Assembly (NCBI GenBank): GCA_044226625.1
Contig: JBGAGQ010000065.1
Coordinates: 1 to 36,075, forward strand
DNA: 36,075 bases
Origin: Thermoanaerobaculia bacterium
Lineage (GTDB): Bacteria; Acidobacteriota; Thermoanaerobaculia; Multivoradales; UBA5704
Direction: 5' to 3'
The notes beneath the pieces were generated by a model that saw only the letters and a list, made by a program, of their open reading frames with translations, was not told the DNA's origin and did not search any database. Below, in pieces: positions 17,963 to 30,397 of this stretch. Position 1 is the first letter of the stretch. Each line of letters begins with the position of its first letter. The translations under genes were made by a program, and so were the position numbers.

Positions 17963-19159
17963 TTATCCGGCGATCACGGGCGTGGCTGGCGTGGCGACCG
18001 CCGCCCGCTCGGCTTTCTTCGCCTTTCCTCGCTTGAGCAGCCAGAACGCGGCGCCTCCGGCGAGGATCAGCAGCGTCACACCGAGCACCGGGCGGACGAA
18101 GATCCAGGCCACCGCGATCGTGATCGACGAGAGCACGAACGCGATCAGGACTGCGAACAGGCCGATGCCGGCGCCGAGCATCGTGCCGAAGATCGGCAGC
18201 ACGTCGGCGACGACCGCGATGGTCCGGAAGATCAAGAACGTGCCGAGGAAGAAGAGGAAGAAGCCTCCGGCGCGCAGAAACCAGGTGAGGACCGCGTTTC
18301 GATCCTGGGCCGACTTGAACATCTGCGCGGCGGTCCGCACTCCCTCCTCGACCAGCAGGACCGTGTCGCCCGCTTCGGCCTGATAGGGCGCGAACGTCTC
18401 GCCGGTCTGGACGCCCACGAGGCTCACCTCGGCGGGATTGACGATCGAGAACGAGACCCTGACGTCGCCGACCGCCGGCGCGGCCGGGTCGGCGCCCAGG
18501 AAATACCGGCCTCCGGCGACCTTCACCTTGTCGCGCGTCTCCTCCGGCAGACCGGCGACGGCATCCGCTTCCACCTTCCATTCGGTACCTTTCGAGAGCT
18601 GGTCGAGCTGCTCGGAGGAGAGCGAGAAGGCGCCGACCTTCACCCGATCGGCGGGGATGGTTTTGCTCTCGACCGGAAAGCCGCTCGGATTCTCGTGCCC
18701 CTCGGGCTGTTCGAACTGAGACGAGTCGATCGGATCGTTCGACCACTCTTGAGAATAGGTGTAGGTCCTGACCGTCTCGGTGCCGCCGCCGAGCTTCTTC
18801 TTGGTCTCGCTCTTCTCTTCCTCTTTCCACTGGTACATCTCGACCTTGCGGATCAGCTTGATCGCCTTGGCGTGGACGTTCCAATCCGGATCGGAGATCT
18901 CGCCGCCGGTGTCCACCGGCCCGGCGACGTGGATCAGCTTGCCGTCGTTGCCCGCGCTCACCGAATCCGCGGAAACGCTCACCACGGCGCCCAGGCCCTC
19001 CGAAAGGCTCTTCGCCGTCCGCACCGACCGGCTTTCGTTCCAGAACAGCACGGGGAACGCGGCGACGAACATCACGAGCCCGAAGAGAACGCTCTTGATC
19101 GAGCCGCCCAAGCGAGAAAACCACGATTGACCGCTCGTCACCGTAATGCTGTTGGCCAT
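17963..19159 (-). CDS. TMEM43 (DUF1625) family membrane protein
   Basis: N-terminal TM then LFWNE, KLIHVAG, LIRKVEMYQWKE and P.VGDVRVSF, followed by three C-terminal TMs (TWFLRAGGF). Confidence 0.88.
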   Translation of the reverse strand: MANSITVTSGQSWFSRLGGSIKSVLFGLVMFVAAFPVLFWNESRSVRTAKSLSEGLGAVVSVSADSVSAGNDGKLIHVAGPVDTGGEISDPDWNVHAKAIKLIRKVEMYQWKEEEKSETKKKLGGGTETVRTYTYSQEWSNDPIDSSQFEQPEGHENPSGFPVESKTIPADRVKVGAFSLSSEQLDQLSKGTEWKVEADAVAGLPEETRDKVKVAGGRYFLGADPAAPAVGDVRVSFSIVNPAEVSLVGVQTGETFAPYQAEAGDTVLLVEEGVRTAAQMFKSAQDRNAVLTWFLRAGGFFLFFLGTFLIFRTIAVVADVLPIFGTMLGAGIGLFAVLIAFVLSSITIAVAWIFVRPVLGVTLLILAGGAAFWLLKRGKAKKAERAAVATPATPVIAG

Positions 19160-19402
19160 GGCGCGCCCTTACCCCTTGAAAACCGAACCCGTACCTCCGG
19201 CCGAGCCTGCTCCGGGCTGATGGCATCGACCGAAGAACAACGGATCCGAAATGAACCTGGATGTCTGGACAGGACGCTATCTCGCGGCACCGTGCCGGTC
19301 AAACAAACCGGGCATCTAAGGTGATCGGAGACGCCGCGACTTGTCGCCAAAGATCTTGTCGCCTGTTCTGCGTCCTATTTTTGCTTTGGAGGAGATCCGA
19401 TC

Positions 19403-19828
19403 ATGTCCAACACCAGCCCGGCCACCTGTCCGAAGTGCCAGTCCCCCGTCGCCCCCGGCTTCGAGAGCTGTCCGCAATGCGGAGTGATCTTCGCGAAGAT
19501 CCGAAACCGCCCGTCCGGCGACCTGTACTCGGCGCCCTCGGCCTACGGCGAGATCTCCCCCTCACCGGGCCGGGTCGTTCCAGCCGTCCTGGCCGGCACC
19601 ACGAAGGAAATCTGGAAAGCCTTTGGCATCGCCGCCGCCGCGGCTTTGCTCGGCTTCTTCTGTTATCAGGAGCTCGACACGATGGAACAGCAGGGGGGAT
19701 CGGTGCGGATGAACGTCCTGGTCATCCTGCTCTATAAGATCGCCGGAACGACCGGCGTCGCCCTGGCGTTCGGAGCGGTCACGCTCTTCTTCCTGGTAAG
19801 CGGCATTCGGCAGCTCGCGGCACGGTGA
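19403..19828 (+). CDS. Zinc-ribbon-containing membrane protein
   Basis: CPKC-x10-CPQCG N-terminus, two C-terminal TM helices, GGAGGAG RBS. Confidence 0.75.
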   Translation: MSNTSPATCPKCQSPVAPGFESCPQCGVIFAKIRNRPSGDLYSAPSAYGEISPSPGRVVPAVLAGTTKEIWKAFGIAAAAALLGFFCYQELDTMEQQGGSVRMNVLVILLYKIAGTTGVALAFGAVTLFFLVSGIRQLAAR

Positions 19829-19851
19829 ACACGCACCGCCTCGACGCCGAG

Positions 19852-22554
<2,703 letters not shown>

Positions 22555-22718
22555 GATCTCGGGAAACCTTTAGAGGGGAACGAGCGAACCGGCGAAGAGG
22601 GAAGGCTAGCAGATATGATCGCCGCGTTGAGAAACCCCTGAGCTCCGCCCGCGATCCGCCCTGGGTCGCTCGAGATCCGCCTGAGATCCGATCCAAATCG
22701 TCCGCGAGGAACCCCGCA

Positions 22719-24329
22719 ATGCCCAACGTCCGCCGCGCCCTGGTCTCCGTCTTCGACAAGCGCGACCTCCTGCCGTTCGTCCGCGGCCTGGTCGAACTCG
22801 GATTCGAGATCCTCTCGACCGGAGGGACCCTCTCGGCGCTTCGCGGCGCGGGGCTCGCGGCGACCGCGGTGTCGGACGTCACCGGCTTTCCGGAGATCCT
22901 CGACGGCCGGGTGAAAACCCTCCATCCGAAGATCCACGGAGGCATCCTCGCCGACCGCGCCGTCCCCGAGCACTCGGCCCAGATCGCCGAGCACGGCATC
23001 GCTCCGATCGACCTCGTCGTGGTGAACCTCTACGCGTTCCGCGAAGCCGCGGCAAAGCCGGGCGCGAGCCGCGCCGAGGTCGTCGAGATGATCGACATCG
23101 GCGGCCCGGCGATGGTGCGGGCGGCGGCGAAAAACCACGGGGGCGTGGGGGTGGTGGTCGACCCCGGCGACTACGAGGCGGTCCTGTCCGCATTGCGGAG
23201 CGGCGACGGCGCGCTCGCCGAGGGATTGCGGCGCCGGCTCGCGGCGAAGGCCTTCCGCCACACCGCCGACTACGACGCAACGATCGCGCGCTGGATGGAG
23301 GCGGATCTGGAAGGAGCTCTCGCAGGAGCGGCCGCGGGCGGTGACGACGGCGCGGGGGACGGCCGATTTCCCGAGGCGCTCGACCTCTCGCTCGACCGGG
23401 TGCTGGTGCCCCGCTACGGCGAAAATCCGCATCAGCGGGCCGCGGTCTACGCGGTCCGGGGCGGAGTCGGGGTCTTCGGCGGTTTCACCTCGATTCAGGG
23501 CAAAGAGCTGTCCTGGAACAACCTGCTCGACGCCGACGCGGCGCGGCGGATCGTCGGCCAATTCGCAGGGCCCGCGGTCGCGATCATCAAGCACAACAAC
23601 CCGTGCGGCGTGGGGCTCGGCGACGACCTCTCGGCGGCCTACGCGAAAGCGCTCGCGACCGACCCGGTCTCGGCCTTCGGCTCGATCCTCGCGGTGAACG
23701 GCGAGGTGGACGCCCGGTTCGCCGACGCGATCGCCGATCTGTTCGTCGAGGTGCTGGTCGCGCCGGCTTTTTCCGCCGAGGCGCTCGCGCGCTTCGCCGC
23801 GAAGAAGAACCTGCGGCTGGTCTCCTGCCCCCTCCATCGGCCGCTCCGAGGGTCGGAGAACGGACCGATCGAGTTGCGGGCGATCAGCGGCGGCTATCTC
23901 GCCCAAGATGCCGACGACCGGGCCGACGACCCCGCGGGCTGGACGCTCGCGACGAAGCGGGCGCCGAGCGACGCCGAGCGTCAGGCGCTCGATCTCGCCT
24001 GGAAGGTCGGCCGCTACGTCAAATCGAACGCGATCGTGGTCGCGAATCCGCTCCAGACGGTGGGCATCGGCGCGGGTCAGATGAGCCGCCTCGACTCCTG
24101 CCGGATCGCGACGGAGAAGGCGCGGCAGTTTGGTCTAGATCTCGCCGGGACCGCCGCCTCCTCCGACGCCTTCTTCCCCTTCCGCGACGGCCTAGACGCG
24201 CTCGCGCGGGCGGGGATCACCGCAATCGTCCAGCCCGGCGGCAGCAAGCGCGACGACGAGGTGATCGCCGCGGCAGACGAGCAGGGGATCGCGATGCTGT
24301 TGTCAGGGGTGCGCCACTTCCGGCATTAG
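22719..24329 (+). CDS. purH: Bifunctional AICAR formyltransferase/IMP cyclohydrolase
   Basis: [59 protein letters not shown] and C-terminal RHFRH. Confidence 0.99.
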   Translation: MPNVRRALVSVFDKRDLLPFVRGLVELGFEILSTGGTLSALRGAGLAATAVSDVTGFPEILDGRVKTLHPKIHGGILADRAVPEHSAQIAEHGIAPIDLVVVNLYAFREAAAKPGASRAEVVEMIDIGGPAMVRAAAKNHGGVGVVVDPGDYEAVLSALRSGDGALAEGLRRRLAAKAFRHTADYDATIARWMEADLEGALAGAAAGGDDGAGDGRFPEALDLSLDRVLVPRYGENPHQRAAVYAVRGGVGVFGGFTSIQGKELSWNNLLDADAARRIVGQFAGPAVAIIKHNNPCGVGLGDDLSAAYAKALATDPVSAFGSILAVNGEVDARFADAIADLFVEVLVAPAFSAEALARFAAKKNLRLVSCPLHRPLRGSENGPIELRAISGGYLAQDADDRADDPAGWTLATKRAPSDAERQALDLAWKVGRYVKSNAIVVANPLQTVGIGAGQMSRLDSCRIATEKARQFGLDLAGTAASSDAFFPFRDGLDALARAGITAIVQPGGSKRDDEVIAAADEQGIAMLLSGVRHFRH

Positions 24330-24350
24330 AAGTTTTCTGACCGGTCGGCC

Positions 24351-24386
24351 CCCCTCCTAGCCTCCCCCCGCAAGCGAGGGGAGGGA
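24351..24386. repeat. REP-like GC-rich palindrome between convergent purH and DUF2231 genes
   Basis: cctccccccgc-aa-gcgaggggagg (11-bp arms, 1 mismatch). Resembles CCCTCTCCCGCAAGCGGGAGAGGG-type dispersed palindromes. Confidence 0.45.
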
Positions 24387-24494
24387 CGCTTCGCCGGGCG
24401 ACAGTGGAAGGTGGGAGCGGGAGGGGCGCTCCGCCGGGCCGTCAGGAAGGCGGGAACGGGAGGGACTCGTGCCCCGCCTTGCGGCTGGCTCGGG

Positions 24495-25031
24495 TCAGTG
24501 TCCCTCGCCCGACTCTCTTTCCTCGCCTTTTTCTCCGGCCTCTTCTCCCGTCGCTGTACCGGCCGGGCTCGCTTCGCTTCCGGGATCTGCCGCGCCCGCT
24601 CGGATCTCGGTGTGGCGGATCTCGCCGCCCAGGTTGGCGGTGCGGGCCATCGCAACGAGGGTGACGATCGAAAGCAGCAGGAGCACGATCTGGAGCGAGC
24701 GTTGCGGCCCTTTGTTCCAGAACAAGGCGACCAGCGCGAGGACCCCGAGCGGGAAGGCGACCCAACGCGCGCCTTCGGCAGACTCCTCGTGTTCCTCGAT
24801 CGACTCTTCCGTTACCCCCGGCTTGTCGTTCACCCAATCCTCGGCGCGATGTCCGGAGAAGACCCCCGCCCAGGTCCCGATCCCGGCGAGCAAACAGGCG
24901 AGCAGCCCGGCCCGGGCGAGCGCGGAGCTCTTGCCGATCAATGCCGCTCCGAGCAGCAGCGCCCCGACGAGCGCGGCGTAGAGCGGCAAGTGGTTGACCA
25001 TCATGTGCAGGTGCGCCCAGTTCGGATTCAT
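24495..25031 (-). CDS. DUF2231-like four-TM membrane protein
   Basis: HLHMMVNHLP, SGHRAE..IEEHEESA and TANLGGEIRH motifs; GAGGAG RBS. Confidence 0.75.
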   Translation of the reverse strand: MNPNWAHLHMMVNHLPLYAALVGALLLGAALIGKSSALARAGLLACLLAGIGTWAGVFSGHRAEDWVNDKPGVTEESIEEHEESAEGARWVAFPLGVLALVALFWNKGPQRSLQIVLLLLSIVTLVAMARTANLGGEIRHTEIRAGAADPGSEASPAGTATGEEAGEKGEERESGEGH

Positions 25032-25206
25032 ACCCGGCCCCTCCTCGATCGGATCGATGCGGCTGCGTGCCCGTTTCGTGCGCCGGATTCGCGCCTTCTC
25101 CTGCGCCGTGGGGTACGCAAAACGTTAGGCGGATCGTAGCACCCGCCATCTGAGGCTTCGATGAAGGGAGCGCCTCCCTCCCCAGGGCACGAAGCCCCCT
25201 CCATAC

Positions 25207-25235
25207 TTGACGCCTTGCGTTCTTAGAGCTAGTTT
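25207..25235 (+). promoter_or_regulatory. Putative sigma70 promoter for the IPT/PKD lipoprotein gene
   Basis: TTGACG (25207-25212), 17-nt spacer, TAGTTT (25230-25235). Confidence 0.5.
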
Positions 25236-25263
25236 GCAGGCTCTTTCGCCAGCGACGGCCAAG

Positions 25264-27231
25264 ATGTTTCGCCGAATTGGGTTTCGCCGCGCCTCGAGCG
25301 CCCTGTTTCTCGCCGCCGCGGGCTGGATCGGGGCTGCGTGCAACTCGTCGAACCCAGTGGCGCCCGATCCGCCGCCCCCCACGGGTACGTCTCTTTTCGC
25401 CATCACGCTCTCCGCGAACCCGACGACGCTCGCGACCGGCTCGACCACCCCCTCGACGATCTCCGTCTCGGTCCGGCGGACCGACAACGGGCAGGCCCCT
25501 CCCGACGGGACCAACGTCGCGATCAACACGAGCCTCGGCAACTTCGGAACCGATTCGGGCGGCAACGCGGTCACCATCACCTCGGCCCGGTTGATGGGCG
25601 GCGCCGCGCAGGTCAACCTGTTCGCGGGTCCGGCGAACGGCACCGCGCAGGTGCTCGCCCAGGTCGAGCAGAGCACGGGCCAGGTCGCGATCCCGATCCA
25701 GACGTTCACCCCGCCGCCGTTCTTCCTCACCTCGATCTCGCCGAACTCCGGGTTCCACCTCGGAGGGCAGACGGTGACGATCTCGGGCAGCGGCATCCAG
25801 GCGCCCGTGCGCGTCACGTTCGGCGGCGTGGTGGCACAGGTCCGGTCCACCACCGCCACGTCGATCCAGGCGACCGTGCCGGCGTCCACCACGCCGGTCG
25901 AGGCGGGCATGACCAAGGCGGTCGACGTCGAGGTGACCAACGCGCTCGGCCAGTCGAACTCGACCAGCGACAAGCTCGCGAGCGCCTGGACCTACCGCGG
26001 CGAAAACGTCGATCCGCCGCTCGCCATCTTCTCGGTGGCGCCGTTGTCCGGACCGAACGAGGGCGGAACGATGGTCACGATCACGGGCCAGAGCTTCAAG
26101 CCCCCCGTCCAGGTGATCTTCGGTAAGACCATCGGCGGCGCCTTCCAGGGCTTCCAGGCAACGGTGAAGACGAATCCGGCGCCGACCGAGAGCACGATCG
26201 TCGCGGTCACCCCGTCCGCCACCGGCGTCGGTCTGTCGCTTGCGAACCAACTGGTCGACGTCCAGGTCCGGAACGTGAACACGGGCGAGAGCACGATCGC
26301 GACCGGCGTCTTCTCCTACACCGGGGCGAGCCTGATCGTGACGTCGATGAGCCCGCTCTCGGGACCGTACACGGGAGGCACGCCGGTCGTCATCCGCGGC
26401 AGCGGCTTCGATCCGCGCGGCACCTATCAGGTTCAGTTCGGCGGTACGGTACAGAACTTCCAACCGCCGCCCGCGCAAGGGGGCACCTTGCTGAACGTGA
26501 CGACCGTTCCGGTCTCGGTCTCCAACTGCAATCCGCCGAGCGGCCCGCTCACGGTCACCCGCCTGGATACGGGCGAGTCGGTCCAGAGCGCGATCCGCTT
26601 CTCCTACACGGTGCCGACGCCGAACGTCACCAGCCTGTCGCCCGCGAGCGGGCCGCAGGGGGGCGGCACGGTCGTCAACATCCAGGGCAGCGGCTTCGAC
26701 AGCCAGGTGCGCGTGACGTTCAACGGCGCGGTGGCGGTCGTCGGCTCGACCAGCTCGACCTCGGTGTCCGCCACGGCTCCGGCGTTTACCGGAACGTTCG
26801 ACACCGAAACTTGCACCGACGGCATGGGCACCCAGGGCAAGCGGAACAAGCCGAAGGCGGTCGACGTCGTGGTGACAAACACGGCGACCGGCTGCGGGGA
26901 CACGTTCCCGCAGGGCTTCACGTACCAGCCGAACGACACCTCGTGCGTCGTGCCGCCGCCCGCGAAGCCCAAGGCCGACTTCACGTTTCAAGCGGTCGGC
27001 ACGACGGTGCAGTTCAACAACGCCTCGACCAACTCGCCCACCAGCTACCTCTGGGATTTCGGCGAGCCGTCGAGCGGCGGCGCGAATACCAGCTTCGCCA
27101 CTAACCCGAGCCACGTGTATTCGGTCCCCGCCGGTATGACGAAGACCTTCTCGGTCAGCCTGACGGCGAGCAACGCCGGCGGTTCGGACACGGTGGTGAA
27201 GCTCATCTCGGTGACCGCGCCCTCCCCTTAG
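25264..27231 (+). CDS. Lipoprotein with Big_1-like domain, four IPT/TIG repeats and a C-terminal PKD domain
   Basis: Lipobox IGAAC after ATG 25264. Repeats ISPNSG..GGQTVTISG, VAPLSGP..GGTMVTITG, MSPLSGP..GGTPVVIRG and LSPASGP..GGTVVNIQG. PKD signature SYLWDFGE...NPSHVY...VSLTASNAGG. Confidence 0.88.
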   Translation: MFRRIGFRRASSALFLAAAGWIGAACNSSNPVAPDPPPPTGTSLFAITLSANPTTLATGSTTPSTISVSVRRTDNGQAPPDGTNVAINTSLGNFGTDSGGNAVTITSARLMGGAAQVNLFAGPANGTAQVLAQVEQSTGQVAIPIQTFTPPPFFLTSISPNSGFHLGGQTVTISGSGIQAPVRVTFGGVVAQVRSTTATSIQATVPASTTPVEAGMTKAVDVEVTNALGQSNSTSDKLASAWTYRGENVDPPLAIFSVAPLSGPNEGGTMVTITGQSFKPPVQVIFGKTIGGAFQGFQATVKTNPAPTESTIVAVTPSATGVGLSLANQLVDVQVRNVNTGESTIATGVFSYTGASLIVTSMSPLSGPYTGGTPVVIRGSGFDPRGTYQVQFGGTVQNFQPPPAQGGTLLNVTTVPVSVSNCNPPSGPLTVTRLDTGESVQSAIRFSYTVPTPNVTSLSPASGPQGGGTVVNIQGSGFDSQVRVTFNGAVAVVGSTSSTSVSATAPAFTGTFDTETCTDGMGTQGKRNKPKAVDVVVTNTATGCGDTFPQGFTYQPNDTSCVVPPPAKPKADFTFQAVGTTVQFNNASTNSPTSYLWDFGEPSSGGANTSFATNPSHVYSVPAGMTKTFSVSLTASNAGGSDTVVKLISVTAPSP

Positions 27232-27243
27232 GCCACCGTCCAC

Positions 27244-27264
27244 GCCGCGCGCGGCTTTCGTTTT
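27244..27264 (+). terminator. Weak intrinsic terminator candidate
   Basis: gccgcgcgcggc hairpin followed by tttcgtttt. Confidence 0.3.
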
Positions 27265-27313
27265 CTGAGCCCCTCGAACCCGTCTCAACCTCACAAGCTC
27301 CTGGAGCCACTCG

Positions 27314-28603
27314 ATGCCCGCGATTCGCCGCAACTCGATCCTCTTCGCCCTCGCCCTTCTCGCCGTCGCCACGTCGGCCCATGCCTCGGGTTTCGCCGCC
27401 GGTCTCGAAGGGGTGAAGGCGATGGGGCTCGCGGGGGCGTACACCGCGATCGCCGACGATCCGAGCGCGCTCTCCTACAACGTGGGCGGCCTCGCGTTGC
27501 TCGGCAAGCCGGTGCTCACGGTCGGCGCCGCCGCCCACAGTCTCCAGCGCTCCCAATACCAGGGGCGCGCCCCCGGCGTCGGCGCGGGGACAACCGGCGA
27601 GCAGAAGGTGGTGCGAACGATCCTCCCCCACGCCTATCTCGCGCTGCCGTTCGGCACTCGGGCGAAAGTCGGCATCGGGATCAACTCCCCCTATTCGATC
27701 GACACCGACTGGGCGAATCCGGCGACCTTCGCCGGGCGCGCGATCTCGCTCACGTCGGAGGTACGGACGATCGACGTCACGCCCGGGATCTCGTTCGCGG
27801 TGACGCCGAAGCTCGGCCTCGGGATCGCCGCGATCTACCGTTTCTCGGACCTGTCGTCCTCGCGGCGCATCCAGCTGCCCGACCCGGTATCCGCCCAGCT
27901 GCGCGACGTGGCCTCGGTCACGGCGGGGACCGATTTCGACGGCGCACTCGGCTTTTCGGTCGGCGTCCTTCATCGCCCGACCGATACCTTCTCCTGGGGC
28001 CTCTCCTACAAGAGCCCGATCGAGGTCACCTACCAGGGCTCGGGACGCCTGACGCAGCTCGCCTCGGGCAATCCCCAGCTGGACCAGCTCGCCAAGGCCG
28101 CCCTGCCGTTCGATCGCGATCTGCCGGTCAGCAGCCGCATCCAGTTCCCGGCCTCGGCCGCCCTCGGCGTGGCGGTCGGCAAGGGGACGGGGCCGGGCGT
28201 GCAGGTCGCGTTCGATCTCGGCTGGACCCAATGGAGCGAGTTCGACGGCACCGGCGTCGCCTTCACCAACAATCCCTCCCTGAGCTACGTCCTCCAGGGG
28301 GCGTACAAGGACACCTACTCGTACCGCCTCGGCCTGCGCTGGACCCTCTCGGGCGGCTCGCAGTTCCGCTTCGGCGCGGCGCTCGAACCGACGCCGCAGC
28401 CGGACGCGAGCCTCAACCCGTTCTTCCCCGACGCCGATCGAAAGGTCGTGGCGTTCGGGTATGGCCTCGATTGGCTGGATATCGGACTGCAGTGGGTGCG
28501 CTACGACGACCGGCTGACGTTCCGCAATCCGAACGGCGTCAACGGCCTCTACCGCAACGAGGCGTGGATCCTCGCGGTGTCGGCTTCGAAGCTGAAGCGG
28601 TAG
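27314..28603 (+). CDS. OmpP1/FadL-family outer-membrane transport protein
   Basis: Signal peptide AHA-SGF, hatch motif AMGLAGAYTAIADDPSALSYN, WSEFD, YRLGLRW and PDADR. Confidence 0.88.
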   Translation: MPAIRRNSILFALALLAVATSAHASGFAAGLEGVKAMGLAGAYTAIADDPSALSYNVGGLALLGKPVLTVGAAAHSLQRSQYQGRAPGVGAGTTGEQKVVRTILPHAYLALPFGTRAKVGIGINSPYSIDTDWANPATFAGRAISLTSEVRTIDVTPGISFAVTPKLGLGIAAIYRFSDLSSSRRIQLPDPVSAQLRDVASVTAGTDFDGALGFSVGVLHRPTDTFSWGLSYKSPIEVTYQGSGRLTQLASGNPQLDQLAKAALPFDRDLPVSSRIQFPASAALGVAVGKGTGPGVQVAFDLGWTQWSEFDGTGVAFTNNPSLSYVLQGAYKDTYSYRLGLRWTLSGGSQFRFGAALEPTPQPDASLNPFFPDADRKVVAFGYGLDWLDIGLQWVRYDDRLTFRNPNGVNGLYRNEAWILAVSASKLKR

Positions 28604-28607
28604 GGGT

Positions 28608-29546
28608 TTACCCGATCGAGAGGACGACGACCGAGACGCCCGCTTTCGAGCGGAGCGCGGTCGCCGCCTTCGCGGCGGACGCCCGATCGCCGAATCGACC
28701 CACGCGCACGGCGTAGAGCGGCGGCTGGCCTTCGCGCTCGATCTCCACGACGTAGGCCTCGAATCCGCGCGAGGCGAGCTTCTCGACCATCGCGTTGCTG
28801 TTGAGCGAGTTGCGATAGGCGCCCACCTGCACGGTGTAGCGGCCCGACTCCGACGCCACGGTGACCGCCGGCGAGATGGCGGCCGGGGAGGATTCGGGGG
28901 CCGCGGATTCGGGCGTCGCCGCCTCGTCGGAGACCCCGTCGCCCGCCCGTGCCTCGGGCTCGGCCGATGGACCAGGGGTTCCGTCCGACGCGCCCGAACG
29001 GACCGGCGCGCTCCCCGAGATCGGCGCGAGCGTCACCGGTTCGCCGCCCCGCGAATCGACAATGGGGTCGGCAGGCGCCTCATTGCGTCTGGAAGCGGCC
29101 GGCGTCCGCTGGCTCCCGCCTCCCGGTACCGCAGGCCAGGGAGGAGCAGACGTCGAGAACGACTCGGCCGAAGCCGAATCGGCCGGGGCGCCATACGCGG
29201 AGGGCTCGTCGCCCGGAATGTCGCTTCCGCCGTCCGGCACGGCGCCGTCGAAGAAGCCCTCGCCCCCTTCGAGCGATGCGGCCTCCGGAGCGGGTTCGAG
29301 GTCGGAGCTCTCGAGGCCACTCGCGAGGTCGGGCTCCGCGCCGGTGTCGATGCCCGTCACCCGGACCGGCAGCGGACTCGCGCTCTTGGCCTCGGCCGTG
29401 GTCCCCGCTGACGTCGAGGAGCCCGGTGGGAGCACGCCGTACTGGACGCCGAGTAGGAACCCGACCGCGACCAGCACGAGGGCGAGGAAGGCCGCACCGA
29501 TCCCCAGCAGCACGAGAGAGCGGCGATCGAAAACGAACGCGATCAT
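28608..29546 (-). CDS. SPOR-domain protein (FtsN/DedD-like architecture)
   Basis: N-terminal TM, long acidic Pro/Ser/Ala linker, and C-terminal YTVQVGAY...YAVRVGRF SPOR domain. Confidence 0.88.
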   Translation of the reverse strand: MIAFVFDRRSLVLLGIGAAFLALVLVAVGFLLGVQYGVLPPGSSTSAGTTAEAKSASPLPVRVTGIDTGAEPDLASGLESSDLEPAPEAASLEGGEGFFDGAVPDGGSDIPGDEPSAYGAPADSASAESFSTSAPPWPAVPGGGSQRTPAASRRNEAPADPIVDSRGGEPVTLAPISGSAPVRSGASDGTPGPSAEPEARAGDGVSDEAATPESAAPESSPAAISPAVTVASESGRYTVQVGAYRNSLNSNAMVEKLASRGFEAYVVEIEREGQPPLYAVRVGRFGDRASAAKAATALRSKAGVSVVVLSIG

Positions 29547-29588
29547 GGCCCGATTGCGGTCCCTTCGCCGGTCGCCCGGCGGATGTCT

Positions 29589-30374
29589 CTACTCGCCGAG
29601 CTCCATGCCCATCACGTGGAAGCCGGCGTCCACGTAGACCGTCTCGCCGGTGGTGCCCGAGGCGAGCGGCGACAAGAGATAGAGGCCGAGGTTGCCGACC
29701 TCCTCGTGCGTGACGTTGCGGCCGAGCGGAGCGATCTCGCCCACCTTGTTGAACATCTTGAGGAAGCCGGGGATCGACCGGGCGGCGACCGTGCGCACCG
29801 GGCCGGCCGAGACGGCGTTCACCCGCACGTCTTTCTTGCCCAACTCGTAGGCGAGGTAGCGGACGCTCGCTTCGAGCGCCGACTTGGCGATCCCCATCAC
29901 GTTGTATTTCGGAACCACCTTCTCGGCCGCGTAGTACGAGAGCGTCACCATCGAGCCCCCGGCGTTCCACAGCGGCTCGGCGTGGCGCGCGACGGCGACC
30001 AGCGAATAGGCGGAGATCTCGAGCGCGGTGAGCCAATCGGCCTTGGTCGTCTCGATATAGCGGCCGTCCATCGCCGGGCGCGGCGCGAACGCGATCGCAT
30101 GCACGATGTAGTCGAGGCTTCCCCAGCTCTCCCGGATCTGGCCGAACAGGGCCGCGAGTTCCTCCTCGTTCGTCACGTCGCACTGCGCGAGCAACGTGCC
30201 GGGCATCTCCGCGGTGAGCTTCTCGAGCTCCCCTTTCAAGCGCTCGCCCTGATAACTGAAGGCGAGCGTGGCGCCCGCGTCGCGCAGACGCTCGGCGACC
30301 GCCCAGCCGAGGCTGCGCGAATTGGCGACACCCATCACGAGGGCCCGCTTCCCTGCCAGGTCGATCGAGATCAT
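29589..30374 (-). CDS. fabI: Enoyl-ACP reductase
   Basis: GKRALVMGVANSRSLGW, VHAIAFA, ISAYSL, YNVMGIAKSALEASVRYLA, RVNAVSAGPVRT. Confidence 0.96.
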   Translation of the reverse strand: MISIDLAGKRALVMGVANSRSLGWAVAERLRDAGATLAFSYQGERLKGELEKLTAEMPGTLLAQCDVTNEEELAALFGQIRESWGSLDYIVHAIAFAPRPAMDGRYIETTKADWLTALEISAYSLVAVARHAEPLWNAGGSMVTLSYYAAEKVVPKYNVMGIAKSALEASVRYLAYELGKKDVRVNAVSAGPVRTVAARSIPGFLKMFNKVGEIAPLGRNVTHEEVGNLGLYLLSPLASGTTGETVYVDAGFHVMGMELGE

Positions 30375-30397
30375 AGGCGCGGTATCTTACCCTTCTC
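30375..30397. promoter_or_regulatory. Putative bidirectional promoter with overlapping -10 elements
   Basis: 23-bp divergent gap aggcgcggtatcttacccttctc. TATCTT (+, 30383-30388) and TAAGAT (-, 30389-30384) each lie 9 nt from an ATG. Confidence 0.6.

Noticed and set aside
25155-25197. ggcttcg...cgaagcc inverted repeat upstream of the lipoprotein promoter
   Set aside because: Only 7-bp arms in GC-rich DNA and upstream of the predicted promoter; no RNA family recognisable.
24442-27444. 1000-aa minus-strand ORF
   Set aside because: Arg-rich shadow ORF opposite the IPT/PKD lipoprotein; no recognisable domain.
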